Below, piece by piece: positions 8,843 to 18,061 of a stretch of DNA of 23,925 bases. This DNA is from Candidatus Eiseniibacteriota bacterium (GTDB lineage: Bacteria; Eisenbacteria; RBG-16-71-46; DASYSL01), in contig JBKJJJ010000191.1 in NCBI GenBank assembly GCA_046598045.1, positions 1 to 23,925 on the forward strand, in the 5' to 3' direction. The notes under the pieces were generated by a model that was not told the origin of the DNA, did not search any database, and worked only from the letters and a program-made list of their open reading frames with translations. The translations under genes were made by a program, and so were the position numbers. Position 1 is the stretch's first letter; the number at the start of each line of letters is the position of its first letter.

Positions 8843-9096
8843 GGCGTTCTCCTTGGTTGGGGACGCACCCACTCTACCCAAGGCCGGGCGGCGGGGCGAT
8901 CCTTCATTATGATGGTGAACGAGGCGCGGTTGTGCCAGTTTCGCTGGCGCGCCCGGGCCGCCGGCCCTACCGTGAACCGCCGAAAGCCGGGCGCACGCAA
9001 CCCGCGCGCGCCGTCCGCGTAGTGGGGCATCGCGGACGCCCCTCGCCCTCCCGGGCGCAGACGAGTCCGCGTCACCGCCCGAAGGAGGCAAAGGGA

Positions 9097-9654
9097 ATGT
9101 TCGGAATCGTGCTCCTCGCTGTGCTGGTTCTGGCCGCGCTCTGGCTGGTGGGTCAGTTCAACGGCTTGGTGGCGTTGCGCAACCAGGCGCAGAACGCCTG
9201 GGCGCAGATCGACGTGCAACTCAAGCGCCGCGCGGATCTCATCCCGAACCTGGTCAACACCGTCAAGGGCGTCATGAAGTTCGAGCAGGACACGCTCGAG
9301 AAGGTCATGAACGCGCGTGCCCGCGCCCTGTCGGCGACCAGCGTCGCCGAGCGCGGGGCCGCCGAGGGCGAGCTCTCGCAGGGGATCGGCCGCCTGTTCG
9401 CCGTGATGGAGAACTACCCCGAGCTCAAGAGCAACCAGAACGCGCTCCAGCTGCAGGAGGAACTGTCGGCGACCGAGAACAAGATCGGTTTCGCGCGCCA
9501 GTTCTACAACGACATCGTGATGAAGTTCAACACGGCGCAGCAGGTGTTCCCGACGAACATCATCGCCGGCATGTTCAACTTCAAGCCGTCGGAGTTCCTG
9601 CAGATGCCCGAGGCGGAGCGCGCGGTCCCGACGGTCAACCTCTCGACCTCCTAG
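9097..9654 (+). CDS. lemA: LemA family protein
   Basis: N-terminal TM, NAWAQIDVQLKRRADLIPNLVNTVKG, ENYPELKSNQN, TENKIGFARQFYND, FPTNIIA. Confidence 0.96.
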   Translation: MFGIVLLAVLVLAALWLVGQFNGLVALRNQAQNAWAQIDVQLKRRADLIPNLVNTVKGVMKFEQDTLEKVMNARARALSATSVAERGAAEGELSQGIGRLFAVMENYPELKSNQNALQLQEELSATENKIGFARQFYNDIVMKFNTAQQVFPTNIIAGMFNFKPSEFLQMPEAERAVPTVNLSTS

Positions 9655-9675
9655 CCCGGGGCGAGCGGAAAACCC

Positions 9676-10710
9676 GTGGATACCTCGGCGCTCGTCGCGC
9701 CCCAGCGCGCCACGTTCTACCAACTCCAGGCCGCGAACCGGCGCAACTCGGTATTGCTGGTCCTGGTCTTCATCGCGCTCGTCGGCGCGCTCGGGCTCGG
9801 GGTCGACGTCTTCTTCCTGGGCTTCGACCCGAGCGGCCAGCGCGGCCTCGCGTTCCCCATCGCGACCTTTGGTGCGATCGCGTTCGGCGCGCTGTTCGCG
9901 ATGCAGGGCTGGTATTTCGGCGCCGCGCAGGTGCTCAGCGCCTCGAGCGCGCGGCCCGCGGACCCCGCGAATCCCGCGGAGAAGCAATTCCTCAACGTGC
10001 TCGAGGAGATGTCGATCGCGGCCGGCATCCCGCCGCCGAAGGCCTTCGTCGTGCCCGATCCCGATCCCAACGCGTTCGCTGTCGGGCGCGACCCGGCGCA
10101 CGCCTCGATCGCGGTCACCGAGGGCCTGCTCGCCACGCTCGACCGCGAGGAACTGCAGGGCGTGATCGGCCACGAGATGTCGCACGTGCGCAACCTCGAC
10201 ATCCGTGCCATGACGCTCGTCACCGCGCTCTTCGGCGCGGCGACGCTGCTGGCCGACGTCTCGCGCCGCGGCCTGTACTGGGGCGGCGGCGGGCGCTCGA
10301 GCCGGCGCAGCTCGGGCGGCTCGAGTGGCGGCGGCGGCCCGATCATGCTCGTGTTCTTCGTGCTCTGGATCCTGCTCGCGATCCTCGCACCGATCCTCGG
10401 CAAGTTGCTCGTGCTCGCGGTGTCCCGCTCGCGCGAGTACCTCGCCGACGCGTCGGGCACCGAGCTGACGCGCAACCCGCTCGGGCTCGCCTCGGCGCTG
10501 CGCAAGATCGCCTCGGCGCACGAGCCGACGCGCCTGATCAACCAGGGCTCGGCGCACCTGTGCATCACGGACCCGCGCGGCATGGCGCTGAACGAGCAGG
10601 AATCCGGCATGGCGAACCTGTTCGGAACCCATCCGCCGATCGCCAGGCGCATCCAGATCCTCGAGTCCATGGCCGGCGTGGTGGGGGAAAGTGCCGCGAT
10701 CAGCGGTTGA
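9676..10710 (+). CDS. htpX: HtpX-like membrane zinc metalloprotease (M48)
   Basis: PNAFAVGRDP, GVIGHEMSHVRNLD, SRSREYLADA, LFGTHPPI. Classic lemA-htpX pairing. Confidence 0.93.
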   Translation: MDTSALVAPQRATFYQLQAANRRNSVLLVLVFIALVGALGLGVDVFFLGFDPSGQRGLAFPIATFGAIAFGALFAMQGWYFGAAQVLSASSARPADPANPAEKQFLNVLEEMSIAAGIPPPKAFVVPDPDPNAFAVGRDPAHASIAVTEGLLATLDREELQGVIGHEMSHVRNLDIRAMTLVTALFGAATLLADVSRRGLYWGGGGRSSRRSSGGSSGGGGPIMLVFFVLWILLAILAPILGKLLVLAVSRSREYLADASGTELTRNPLGLASALRKIASAHEPTRLINQGSAHLCITDPRGMALNEQESGMANLFGTHPPIARRIQILESMAGVVGESAAISG

Positions 10711-10838
10711 TCGGAACGCCACGAAGCGTGCAATTCGGACACGGGGTGGGACATTCCTGCCCCGCCCACGGCCGGGTGGGAATGCGCTAAGTCGTTGCCA
10801 CGGCGCAGGGCAGTTGCAGAATGCGACCTCGATTCGGG

Positions 10839-10854
10839 TGGCACGGCCATTGCT
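10839..10854 (+). promoter_or_regulatory. Sigma-54 (RpoN) -24/-12 promoter
   Basis: TGGCACGGCCATTGCT is a perfect TGGCACG-N4-TTGCW match, about 38 nt upstream of the 10892 start. Confidence 0.85.
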
Positions 10855-10891
10855 CGTCTCGGGGGTGTCCCTTTCGAGCAAGGAGGTTTCC

Positions 10892-11398
10892 ATGCGCACG
10901 AGCCATCTCGGGTTTGCCCTCGCGGTCGCGCTCAGCCTGGCCACCGCCGGTCTCGCCCAGGCGGGCGTGTCGGCGGACATCAACCTGCACGCGGGTGGTC
11001 GCCCCGCACCGGTCGTTCTGTTCGACCGGGAGCCGGACGTCATGCTGGTGCCGAACACCCGCGTCTACGCCGTGTCCGGCCTCGACTACGACCTGTTCCG
11101 TTACGGGCAATACTGGTATATCAACGACGGCGGGTACTGGTACCGGGCGCGCAACTACCGGGGGCCGTTCGGGGCCATTCGCTTCGAGGGCGTGCCGCGC
11201 CAGATCGTGGTCGTGCCGGGGCGCTATCACCACCACCCGATGCACCCGTTCGGCGGGCCCCCGGGCCAGATGAAGAAGCGCGGCAACGACCGCGATGACC
11301 GGGACGGGATCAGGATCATCCGCGGCAACGACAAGCACCGCGGCGACGACGGCGATCGCGGGAAGCACGGGAATCGCGAGGGTCACGGCAAGCACTAG
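10892..11398 (+). CDS. Secreted hypothetical protein with aromatic-rich core, PPGQMKK motif and His/Asp/Gly/Arg-rich tail
   Basis: AAGGAGG RBS. Signal peptide ending AQA, then YDLFRYGQYWY...GYWYRARNYRGPF and a low-complexity tail. Confidence 0.75.
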   Translation: MRTSHLGFALAVALSLATAGLAQAGVSADINLHAGGRPAPVVLFDREPDVMLVPNTRVYAVSGLDYDLFRYGQYWYINDGGYWYRARNYRGPFGAIRFEGVPRQIVVVPGRYHHHPMHPFGGPPGQMKKRGNDRDDRDGIRIIRGNDKHRGDDGDRGKHGNREGHGKH

Positions 11399-11433
11399 GC
11401 TTCGCGGGGCCACTGCGGAGTGGCCCCCGAAAT

Positions 11434-11475
11434 GCGAACCCGCCGGGCAGGGCGCCCGGCGGGTTTTCGCTTTTT
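11434..11475. terminator. Intrinsic terminator between convergent genes (second hairpin at 11406-11427)
   Basis: Stem GCGAACCCGCCGGGC / GCCCGGCGGGTTTTCGC followed by TTTTT. Confidence 0.8.
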
Positions 11476-13546
11476 ATTCGACGATCGCCACCGGCCGCGC
11501 CTCGCGCCTGGCCCCCGCCACCACCTCGGCGAAGTAGAGCCCCGGCGCCACGCGCGCGCCGCCGCGGTCGGTCCGGTCCCAGGTCACGGTCAGCGCCTCG
11601 CCCGCCGTCCCCGACACCTCGCCCAGGTCCTTCACCAGCCGCCCCGCCGCGTCGAACACGCGAAAGCGCGCACGGGTCGGCCCACCGCCCGCGCGCGTGC
11701 CGTCGCTCGAGACCCACGCGCCGCGCAGCGTCACCCGGCCGCGCGCCGGATTCGGCATCGCGCTGAGCATGAGGTGCGCGCCCGCCACGCCGGCCGGCGG
11801 CGACCCCGCATCGACCGTCACCGGCTGGGTGCGCTTCAAGATGCTGTTCTTCGGGTCGAACGTGACGCCGGTCGGCGTGCCGTTGATGCGCACGACGAAC
11901 ACCTGCTCCGCCACCGCGGCGTTGGCGACGGTGACGAACGTGTCGGGCAACGCGGCGCGCGTGACCTTGATCATGATCGGCATGCGGTAGTACGGCGCGA
12001 GCGTCTGGGTCTGCTTGACGAACAACGTGAGGTCCGACTGCCCCGGCGACGGCGGGTCGGCGGCGGGGATCGTCTGCCACGACCACTGATAGGTGGGAAT
12101 GCCGCCGGCGAAGATCCACTCGTCGAAAAACCAGTCGAGCGCCTGGCCGGAAGCATCCTCCATCGCGCGCTGGAAGTCGCGCGTGGTCGCGGTGCCGTAG
12201 GCGTAGCGCGAGCCATAGAGTTGGAGCCCGGCGTAGAATGGCCCGTCGCCGAGCATGCGCCTGAGCATGTGCAGCACCATCCCGCCCTTCTTGTAGATCG
12301 TCGCGCCGAACGTGTAACCCGGCGGCGGGGCGTAGACCGCGTAGCGGAAGTTCGCGTCCGCGTTGAGCGCCGACGTCATGTGCGACGTCACCGTCGAATC
12401 GTACTTCGCCGGTCCGTAGAAGTTCTCGACCCACTGCGCCTCGGCGTAGTCGGCGAAGCCCTCGTTCAGCCAGATGTCGCGAAAGTCCACGCACGTCACC
12501 CAGTCGCCCCACCACTGGTGCGCCAGCTCGTGCGCCCAGACGTATTCGTAGCGGCGATCGCCGCGCAGCAGCGCGCGCTGCAACGTGGTCATGGTCTGGT
12601 GCTCCATGCCGCCGGCGCCGAACGGTTCGACCGTGGCCTGCCCGTACTTGTCGAACGGATACGGCGCCCAGAGCGCCGCGTACGTCGTGACCATCGCGGG
12701 CACGTTCGCGTAATCGAACCTGGCCTTGGTCGAATCCTCGGGGAACGCGACGTTGATGATCGGCAGGCTGCCGGCGAGTTGCGTCCACTGCCAGTAGTTC
12801 GCGACCGCGACGCTCACGAGATAGGTCGCGATCGGGTGCGTCTCCTGCCAGTGCCAGGTGCTGAAGCCCGGGGTGGCGGGGGTCACGGCCTGGAGCAGGC
12901 CGTTCGACCAGCACGAGTTGGTGTCGGGCACCGTCGCGTAGACATCGAGCGTGGCCTTGTCGGAGGGCTGGTCGTAGCACGGCCACCAGTTCTTCGAATC
13001 GTTCGGTTCGACCAGCGTGTAGTCGTTGCGCACGTAGTGATAGAAGCCGGTGGTCGGGAAGCACGAGTAGTCGACGGCCACCGTGAGCTGGTCGCCGGGG
13101 TTGTGCGCCGGGCAGTCCGCCCCCTCGCAGATCGGCACGTTGAGCTTGCCGCCCGCGTAGGTCCACGTGGTGCGCGGGTTCCCGTTGACGCGCACCCCGC
13201 TGAACGTCATCCCGATGGCGTCGAAATCGATCATGGCCAGCCCGGCGTCGCGCACGGCAAGGGTGGTCGTCACCGTGCCCTCGACGAAGCGCAGCTGACG
13301 CCCGATCTTGACGTCGAGCCGGTAGTGCAGCGCGTCCCAGGCGTGGGTCGAGTCCTTGGCCACCGTGAACGGATGGCCGGCAAGGGCCTGCTTCGCGTCG
13401 GCGCCGACGGTGCGCGCCTCCTCGGTCAGCCGCAGCACTTCGTCGGGCGCGAGCTCGGCGGGCCCGGCAGCCGCGCGCGCGCCCGCCGGGGCCAGGCCGA
13501 ACAGGAGGAGCGTGAGCAGCAGGGGTCGGATCGGGGCCAGGCGCAA
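11474..13546 (-). CDS. Secreted M1 family zinc aminopeptidase with C-terminal FlgD-Ig/T9SS-like domain
   Basis: TTG start 13546 with GGAGGA RBS and signal peptide. WWPCYDQPSDKAT, GGMEH (GAMEN variant), HELAHQWWGD...WLNEGFADY, YKKG. Tail PNP...VFDAAGRLVKDL...WDRTD...PGLYF. Confidence 0.9.
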   Translation of the reverse strand: MRLAPIRPLLLTLLLFGLAPAGARAAAGPAELAPDEVLRLTEEARTVGADAKQALAGHPFTVAKDSTHAWDALHYRLDVKIGRQLRFVEGTVTTTLAVRDAGLAMIDFDAIGMTFSGVRVNGNPRTTWTYAGGKLNVPICEGADCPAHNPGDQLTVAVDYSCFPTTGFYHYVRNDYTLVEPNDSKNWWPCYDQPSDKATLDVYATVPDTNSCWSNGLLQAVTPATPGFSTWHWQETHPIATYLVSVAVANYWQWTQLAGSLPIINVAFPEDSTKARFDYANVPAMVTTYAALWAPYPFDKYGQATVEPFGAGGMEHQTMTTLQRALLRGDRRYEYVWAHELAHQWWGDWVTCVDFRDIWLNEGFADYAEAQWVENFYGPAKYDSTVTSHMTSALNADANFRYAVYAPPPGYTFGATIYKKGGMVLHMLRRMLGDGPFYAGLQLYGSRYAYGTATTRDFQRAMEDASGQALDWFFDEWIFAGGIPTYQWSWQTIPAADPPSPGQSDLTLFVKQTQTLAPYYRMPIMIKVTRAALPDTFVTVANAAVAEQVFVVRINGTPTGVTFDPKNSILKRTQPVTVDAGSPPAGVAGAHLMLSAMPNPARGRVTLRGAWVSSDGTRAGGGPTRARFRVFDAAGRLVKDLGEVSGTAGEALTVTWDRTDRGGARVAPGLYFAEVVAGARREARPVAIVE

Positions 13547-13664
13547 GGGTTCCTCCGGTCGGGGTGCGGGTGGAGTCGAGTTTACCCCAGCGCACCCTCC
13601 CGGCGCGACGCGCCAACGGCCTCGATCGACCTCAATCTGCAGAAACCCTAAGGAAAAGGCGTGA

Positions 13665-13693
13665 TTGTGCCCCCGGGCCGGGCTCCCTATACT
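13665..13693 (+). promoter_or_regulatory. Putative sigma-70 promoter
   Basis: TTGTGC-17 nt-TATACT upstream of 13774. Confidence 0.5.
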
Positions 13694-13773
13694 GGCATTG
13701 TCGGTCGCGATCGACCGCGCAAGGAATCGAGACCGCACCCCGCGCGGCTCGTGGCACCCACAAGGAGGACTGT

Positions 13774-14556
13774 ATGAAGAGATTTCTCGCCCCGCTGGCC
13801 GTGCTCGGCCTCGCGGGCGCGCTGGTTTTGACGGGATGCGCCAAGAAGGAAGACGCGGCCGGCACCTCGACCGACTCGACACTCTCGCTCGGCGACTTGC
13901 CGAACCAGGCCTCGCCCGCGCCGGACAGCACGTACACCACGACCACAACGACCACCACGACCTCGTCCCCGACGCCCACGCCCACACCAGCGCCCAGGCC
14001 CAGGACGCCCAGGCCGACGCCGACGCCGAGGCCCAGGCCCGCGCCGACCCCGACCGGCACGGTTGTGCCGGCTGGCACGTCGATGGCCATGACGATGGAC
14101 GCCGAGGTCAGCACCAAGGACAAGGTCGTCGGCGACACGTTCAGCGCGACCCTCGCGAACGACGTCATCGTCGACGGCAAGGTCGTCTTCCCGGCCGGCT
14201 CCCGCGTCAGTGGCCACGTGGCCGAGGCGGAGCGCCCCGGCAAGACGTCGGGCCGCGGCATCATGGTGCTCTCCTACGACTCGATCACGGCCAATGGCAG
14301 GAACTACTCCATCGACACGATGGGCGCGTCAATCCAGGGCAAGTCAGGCACGGCGGGTGACGCCACCAAGATCGTCGGCGGCGCGGCTGCCGGCGCGATC
14401 CTCGGCAAGATCCTCGGCGGCAAGGTGGGCACGGGCGCGGCCATCGGCGCCGGAGCCGGCACCGCCGCGGCGCTCGCGACGCGTGGCCCGGACCCGGTCG
14501 TCAAGGCCGGCGCAACGGTCAACATCAGCCTCGCCAACTCGGTGACCGTGAAATAG
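13774..14556 (+). CDS. Lipoprotein with Thr/Pro-rich linker and TrbI/VirB10-like C-terminal domain containing a glycine zipper
   Basis: AAGGAGG RBS, lipobox LTGC, T/P/R linker, VPAGT...GDTFSATL...FPAGSRVSGHV, GGAAAGAILG...GAAIGAGAG. Confidence 0.75.
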   Translation: MKRFLAPLAVLGLAGALVLTGCAKKEDAAGTSTDSTLSLGDLPNQASPAPDSTYTTTTTTTTTSSPTPTPTPAPRPRTPRPTPTPRPRPAPTPTGTVVPAGTSMAMTMDAEVSTKDKVVGDTFSATLANDVIVDGKVVFPAGSRVSGHVAEAERPGKTSGRGIMVLSYDSITANGRNYSIDTMGASIQGKSGTAGDATKIVGGAAAGAILGKILGGKVGTGAAIGAGAGTAAALATRGPDPVVKAGATVNISLANSVTVK

Positions 14557-14583
14557 TTCGCCCCATCTGCAGGCAGTGACCGG

Positions 14584-14615
14584 GGGCCCCGAGCGATCGG
14601 GGCCCTCGCTTTTTT
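14584..14615 (+). terminator. Intrinsic terminator
   Basis: GGGCCCCGA-GCGA-TCGGGGCCC followed by TCGCTTTTTT. Confidence 0.8.
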
Positions 14616-14812
14616 CCGCCGCGGGGGCGCGTGCGTGTGCGCCCGCGGGCACGGCCCTGCACCCACGGGGACAGTCGACCGCGCGCGGACGGCCTGCGGC
14701 GGGGCGGCGGCGTTTCCTGCGCGCCGCATGCGCTCCGCCTTCCCCGCCTCAAGCTCCGACGCCGCATGGACCTGCGCCCCTCTCACCGCGCAAATGCCCG
14801 CCCGGGCGGCGG

Positions 14813-14828
14813 TGGCATGTCGGTTGCT
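14813..14828 (+). promoter_or_regulatory. Sigma-54 (RpoN) -24/-12 promoter
   Basis: TGGCATGTCGGTTGCT with GG-N10-GC spacing, intergenic upstream of 14952. Confidence 0.75.
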
Positions 14829-14951
14829 CCTTGATCCCGCGCCGGCCGCCGCAGCGCTCGGGACAAGACGACCCCGAACGCCGGCGGGCAGGTTCCCGCC
14901 GCGCCCCACGGGCGCGCAGCACCCACATTCCGAAATCGAGGGTTCGACATC

Positions 14952-15941
14952 ATGAAGCAGTCCTTCGCAATGCTCGCCCCGCTCGCCAGCCTGATCGTGC
15001 TGGCCGGTTGCGGGCAGCAGAGCCCGACCGCCAACTCGACCACCGATCCGGCGGCGCAGTACGCCTCCCCGGCCGGCGTCCAGAGCCAGACCCAGGCCAT
15101 GCCGGACGAGTTCGAGACCACGACCTACGACGACGGGACGGCCGCCAAGTCCGACATGTCCGACCCGACCTTTGCCGTCTCCAAGGGAGGCGTGCAGACC
15201 GAGGCCGCGATCACGCCGGCGTTCTGGTTCCGCCTGATCCGCACGCACGACCGCCACATCGACGTCCAGTTCGAGCACCCGGATACCATGACCGTGCTGG
15301 CGCGGGTCCACGTCACCGACCGCCTCACGGGCACGTTCAACGTGATTACGCGCCCCGACACGATCGACGGCCAGATCACCGAGCGCTCGTGGATCAAGAA
15401 GCCGCTCGCCGACACAGCGGTGCGCAACGCGGTCTTCGTGCGCCACAGGATGAACGACAGCGACCCGGCGGAGGACTCCGAGGACCGCGCGGACGGCTTC
15501 CACGACGGCTGGTCGCCGTGGCGCCTGGCCGCGATCTCGGGCACCGAGATCACGTCGGACAACGGCACGCGCTCGATCCAGAGCGTCCGCCTGCAGGCCG
15601 GCGCCGTCGACGTCACCGTCACCGACCCGCTCGCGCTCGTGCGCCGCGCCGACCTGACGCGAATCCTGCCGGGCACGCCGGTGCACGTCACCGCCACCAC
15701 CGGGGATCCGACCGACGTCGTGGTGCTGTACGCGCGCTGGGGCCGCATGCGGATGCGGCCGGGCGCGATTGCCGGACAATTCGAGGGCCGCTTCCTGGCC
15801 CCGTCCGAGGGCGGATTGCGGCATGTCGCGGTCAATGCGCTGGCGCACGGCACGCTCTACGACGACGTGGCGCCGTACGACTCGAAGGCCTGGGGCATCC
15901 CGTTCGTGATCGGCGCGCCGCCGGTGGCGACCATCCCCTAG
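14952..15941 (+). CDS. Hypothetical lipoprotein
   Basis: GAGG RBS, lipobox LAGC, GC3-biased codon usage. No family recognised. Confidence 0.75.
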   Translation: MKQSFAMLAPLASLIVLAGCGQQSPTANSTTDPAAQYASPAGVQSQTQAMPDEFETTTYDDGTAAKSDMSDPTFAVSKGGVQTEAAITPAFWFRLIRTHDRHIDVQFEHPDTMTVLARVHVTDRLTGTFNVITRPDTIDGQITERSWIKKPLADTAVRNAVFVRHRMNDSDPAEDSEDRADGFHDGWSPWRLAAISGTEITSDNGTRSIQSVRLQAGAVDVTVTDPLALVRRADLTRILPGTPVHVTATTGDPTDVVVLYARWGRMRMRPGAIAGQFEGRFLAPSEGGLRHVAVNALAHGTLYDDVAPYDSKAWGIPFVIGAPPVATIP

Positions 15942-15952
15942 CGCTGCACGCA

Positions 15953-16052
15953 GTCGCCGTTGCGGAGGAGGCGTGGACATCCAGTGAGGGTCGGGAGCGC
16001 AGCACCCGGCACTCCATGGGCGGGATGACCCGCCTCCCTTCGCAACGGCGAC
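15953..16052 (+). ncRNA. Candidate structured RNA (long rod hairpin) in the 3' UTR
   Basis: Nested helices: 15953-15964/16041-16052 (12 bp perfect), 15967-15973/16031-16037, 15978-15982/16023-16027, 15990-15995/16005-16010. A terminator follows. Confidence 0.4.
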
Positions 16053-16061
16053 CCACCATCC

Positions 16062-16095
16062 AAAGATCCCCGGAGAGCGATCTCCGGGGATTTTT
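16062..16095 (+). terminator. Intrinsic terminator
   Basis: AAAGATCCCCGGAGA-GCGA-TCTCCGGGGATTTTT. Confidence 0.85.
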
Positions 16096-16130
16096 GTTGT
16101 CGCGCCGCGCGCGCTGTGGAAACTATCGCC

Positions 16131-16847
16131 ATGACCCGAAAGCCAAGTCCCCCTCCGATCCCGCTCACCGCCGAGACCATTCCCGAGACCGGCCCGCTCA
16201 CCGCCGCCCAGTGCATGACGCTGTGCAGCGGCTGCCAGCGCTGCTGCACCTACGTCGCGGTCGAGGTCGACGCGCCGGACACGCCATGGATGTACGACCA
16301 GTACGTGTGGCTGCTCTATCACAAGAGCATCTGGATGTACGTCGAGAAGGGCAATAAGTGGTACGTGCAGTTCGAGACCGTGTGCGAAAAGCTCGGCTCG
16401 CGCGGCGAGTGCATGGTCCACGGCATGCACCCGGTGCTGTGCAAGGAGTACGACGCGCGCTCGTGCGAGCGTCGCGGCGAGCTCTCGGACGTGCTCGCGA
16501 GATTCTTCGACGGCAGCGACCTCGTGCGCTGGCTCGAGGTCAAGCGCCCGACGCACTATCGTCGCTACAAGGCGTGGTTCGACGCGGCGCATGCGCCGTC
16601 CTTGCCGGTGCCGCCCAGGCCCGGCGCTCGCGATGCCGCCGGCGCGAAGTCCGCGGCCCCGGTCGAGCAGGTCCGGTTCGAGATGCCGCCGCCGCCGCTC
16701 AACCCGCTCGCCGGCCTGTTCGCGAAGAAGCCGCTGCCCGAGCCCGCGAACGTCGCATACAAGAAGGTGTCGGGGGCGAACGGCAACGGCCGCTCGTCAT
16801 CGAAGAGCGGCCGCGGGCGTGGCGCGAAGGAGAAAGTGGGAATCTAG
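16131..16847 (+). CDS. YkgJ family (CxxCxxCC) cysteine-cluster protein
   Basis: CSGCQRCC, VCEKL, GECMVHGMHPVLCKEY, low-complexity C-terminal tail. The start could also be GTG 16116. Confidence 0.85.
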   Translation: MTRKPSPPPIPLTAETIPETGPLTAAQCMTLCSGCQRCCTYVAVEVDAPDTPWMYDQYVWLLYHKSIWMYVEKGNKWYVQFETVCEKLGSRGECMVHGMHPVLCKEYDARSCERRGELSDVLARFFDGSDLVRWLEVKRPTHYRRYKAWFDAAHAPSLPVPPRPGARDAAGAKSAAPVEQVRFEMPPPPLNPLAGLFAKKPLPEPANVAYKKVSGANGNGRSSSKSGRGRGAKEKVGI

Positions 16848-17470
16848 TAGTCGTTCTCCTCGGCATCGCGCTGCTGTTCCCCGAAGAGCTTCATCCACTC
16901 GGCGGCGTTCTTCTTGGAGACGCCCTCCTGCTTGACCTCGGCGTCCGAGCCGTCGGCGGTGGGCGACGCGGCCGTGCCCTTGCCGCGCGCGGGCTTCTTG
17001 CGACCGCCCGGGTGCAGCTTCTTGCCGCGCTCGATGGCCTGGTTGAGCTGCTCCTCGACGCGCTCCTTGAACAGGCTTGCCGCGAACAGGTCCGAGAGCA
17101 CGACGCTCACGCCGTTCGCGCGCGCATGGCGCGCGACCTCGAGGTCGGAGGTGACGACCGTCAGGTCCGTGGTGTTGGGCGCGAGCTGCTCGACCAGGTC
17201 GTGGATCACGTCGTCGGCCTTGAGCGGCGGCCTGGAGAAGCGCACCTCGACCTTGGACGAGCCCCCGACCTGCTTCGTGCGCCTGAGCGATGGCGCGACA
17301 TCCGCTCCGTCGAACACGATGATGAACGAGACCTGCCCGGTGCCGCCCAGCGCCCACGACAGCAGGTTGATCAGCTTCTCGCGCGCCATCGCGAGGTTCT
17401 GGCGCTCGTCTGGACGGAACGCGGGACTGCGCAGGATGACGTTGTAGCCGTCGAGAATGATCGTGCGCAT
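16844..17470 (-). CDS. NYN-domain (YacP/Rae1-like, PIN fold) ribonuclease
   Basis: IILDGYNVI, IVFDG, ADDVI and VVTSD acidic motifs. Confidence 0.87.
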   Translation of the reverse strand: MRTIILDGYNVILRSPAFRPDERQNLAMAREKLINLLSWALGGTGQVSFIIVFDGADVAPSLRRTKQVGGSSKVEVRFSRPPLKADDVIHDLVEQLAPNTTDLTVVTSDLEVARHARANGVSVVLSDLFAASLFKERVEEQLNQAIERGKKLHPGGRKKPARGKGTAASPTADGSDAEVKQEGVSKKNAAEWMKLFGEQQRDAEENDY

Positions 17471-17476
17471 TCCGAC

Positions 17477-18061
17477 TCAGCCGCCGGTCGCGGAGGTGGC
17501 GCCGAGCACCTTGCCGTCTTCGGTGCGCCCGTGGCGGCCGAAGAACTCGTCCGCCAGGATGCCCATCAGCACGACGTCGTGCCATGCGCCATGACGGTAG
17601 TGCGCCTGGCGCAGCCGCCCCTCCTCGACGAAACCGAGCCTGGCGTACGACTTCTGCCCGCGCTCGTTGTAGTCGTACACGCGCAGGTGGATGCGGTGCA
17701 GGTTCAGCTCCTCGAACCCGTGGCGGAGCATGAGGAGCGCGGCCTCGGTGCCGAAACCCTTGCCCCAGTCCTCGGGGCGCGCAATCGAGATCCCGAGCTC
17801 GGCCGAGCGGTTGCGCTGCTCGATGTGCATCAGCCCGATGCTGCCGAGGTACTCGCCGTCGGAGCTGTCGATCGCATAGCTCACGGCGTGCGGATGCGCG
17901 TTGCGCATCGCAGCTTCGAGCCACTCGCGCTCCTCCTGCAGGGAGCGCGGGCGCATGACGTTGAGGAAGCGCGTCACGGCCTGGTTGTTGATCATCACGA
18001 CCGCGTTCTTGAGGTCGTCCTCGCGATACGCGCGTAGCTTGACCTTCTTGCCCGGGATCAT
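17477..18061 (-). CDS. GNAT N-acetyltransferase (RimL/SpeG-like)
   Basis: ATG 18061 in an ATGA overlap with the upstream stop. WGKGFGTEA, LNLHRIHLRV, NERG, YARLGFVEEGRLR. Confidence 0.9.
   Translation of the reverse strand: MIPGKKVKLRAYREDDLKNAVVMINNQAVTRFLNVMRPRSLQEEREWLEAAMRNAHPHAVSYAIDSSDGEYLGSIGLMHIEQRNRSAELGISIARPEDWGKGFGTEAALLMLRHGFEELNLHRIHLRVYDYNERGQKSYARLGFVEEGRLRQAHYRHGAWHDVVLMGILADEFFGRHGRTEDGKVLGATSATGG

Noticed and set aside
8922..8937. Minus-strand TGGCAC upstream of the selenoprotein as a sigma-54 promoter
   Set aside because: The -12 position reads CC rather than GC.
13693..13708. Sigma-54-like TGGCATTGTCGGTCGC
   Set aside because: GG-to-GC spacing is 11 rather than 10, and a sigma-70 reading (TTGTGC-17-TATACT) fits better.
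13930..14057. Short tandem repeats (ACC/ACG, CCGACG, CCCAGG)
   Set aside because: Explained by the Thr/Pro/Arg coding linker; not an independent DNA repeat or CRISPR.
15953..16058. tRNA-Sec, tmRNA end or SRP RNA (ends near CCACCA, about 100 nt)
   Set aside because: No TTCRA T-loop, no TCA anticodon loop and no SRP CAGG-GNRA-AGCA helix on either strand.
16844..18061. GNAT and PIN-fold pair as a toxin-antitoxin module
   Set aside because: The GNAT is RimL/SpeG-type and the nuclease YacP-type, with no small DNA-binding antitoxin.
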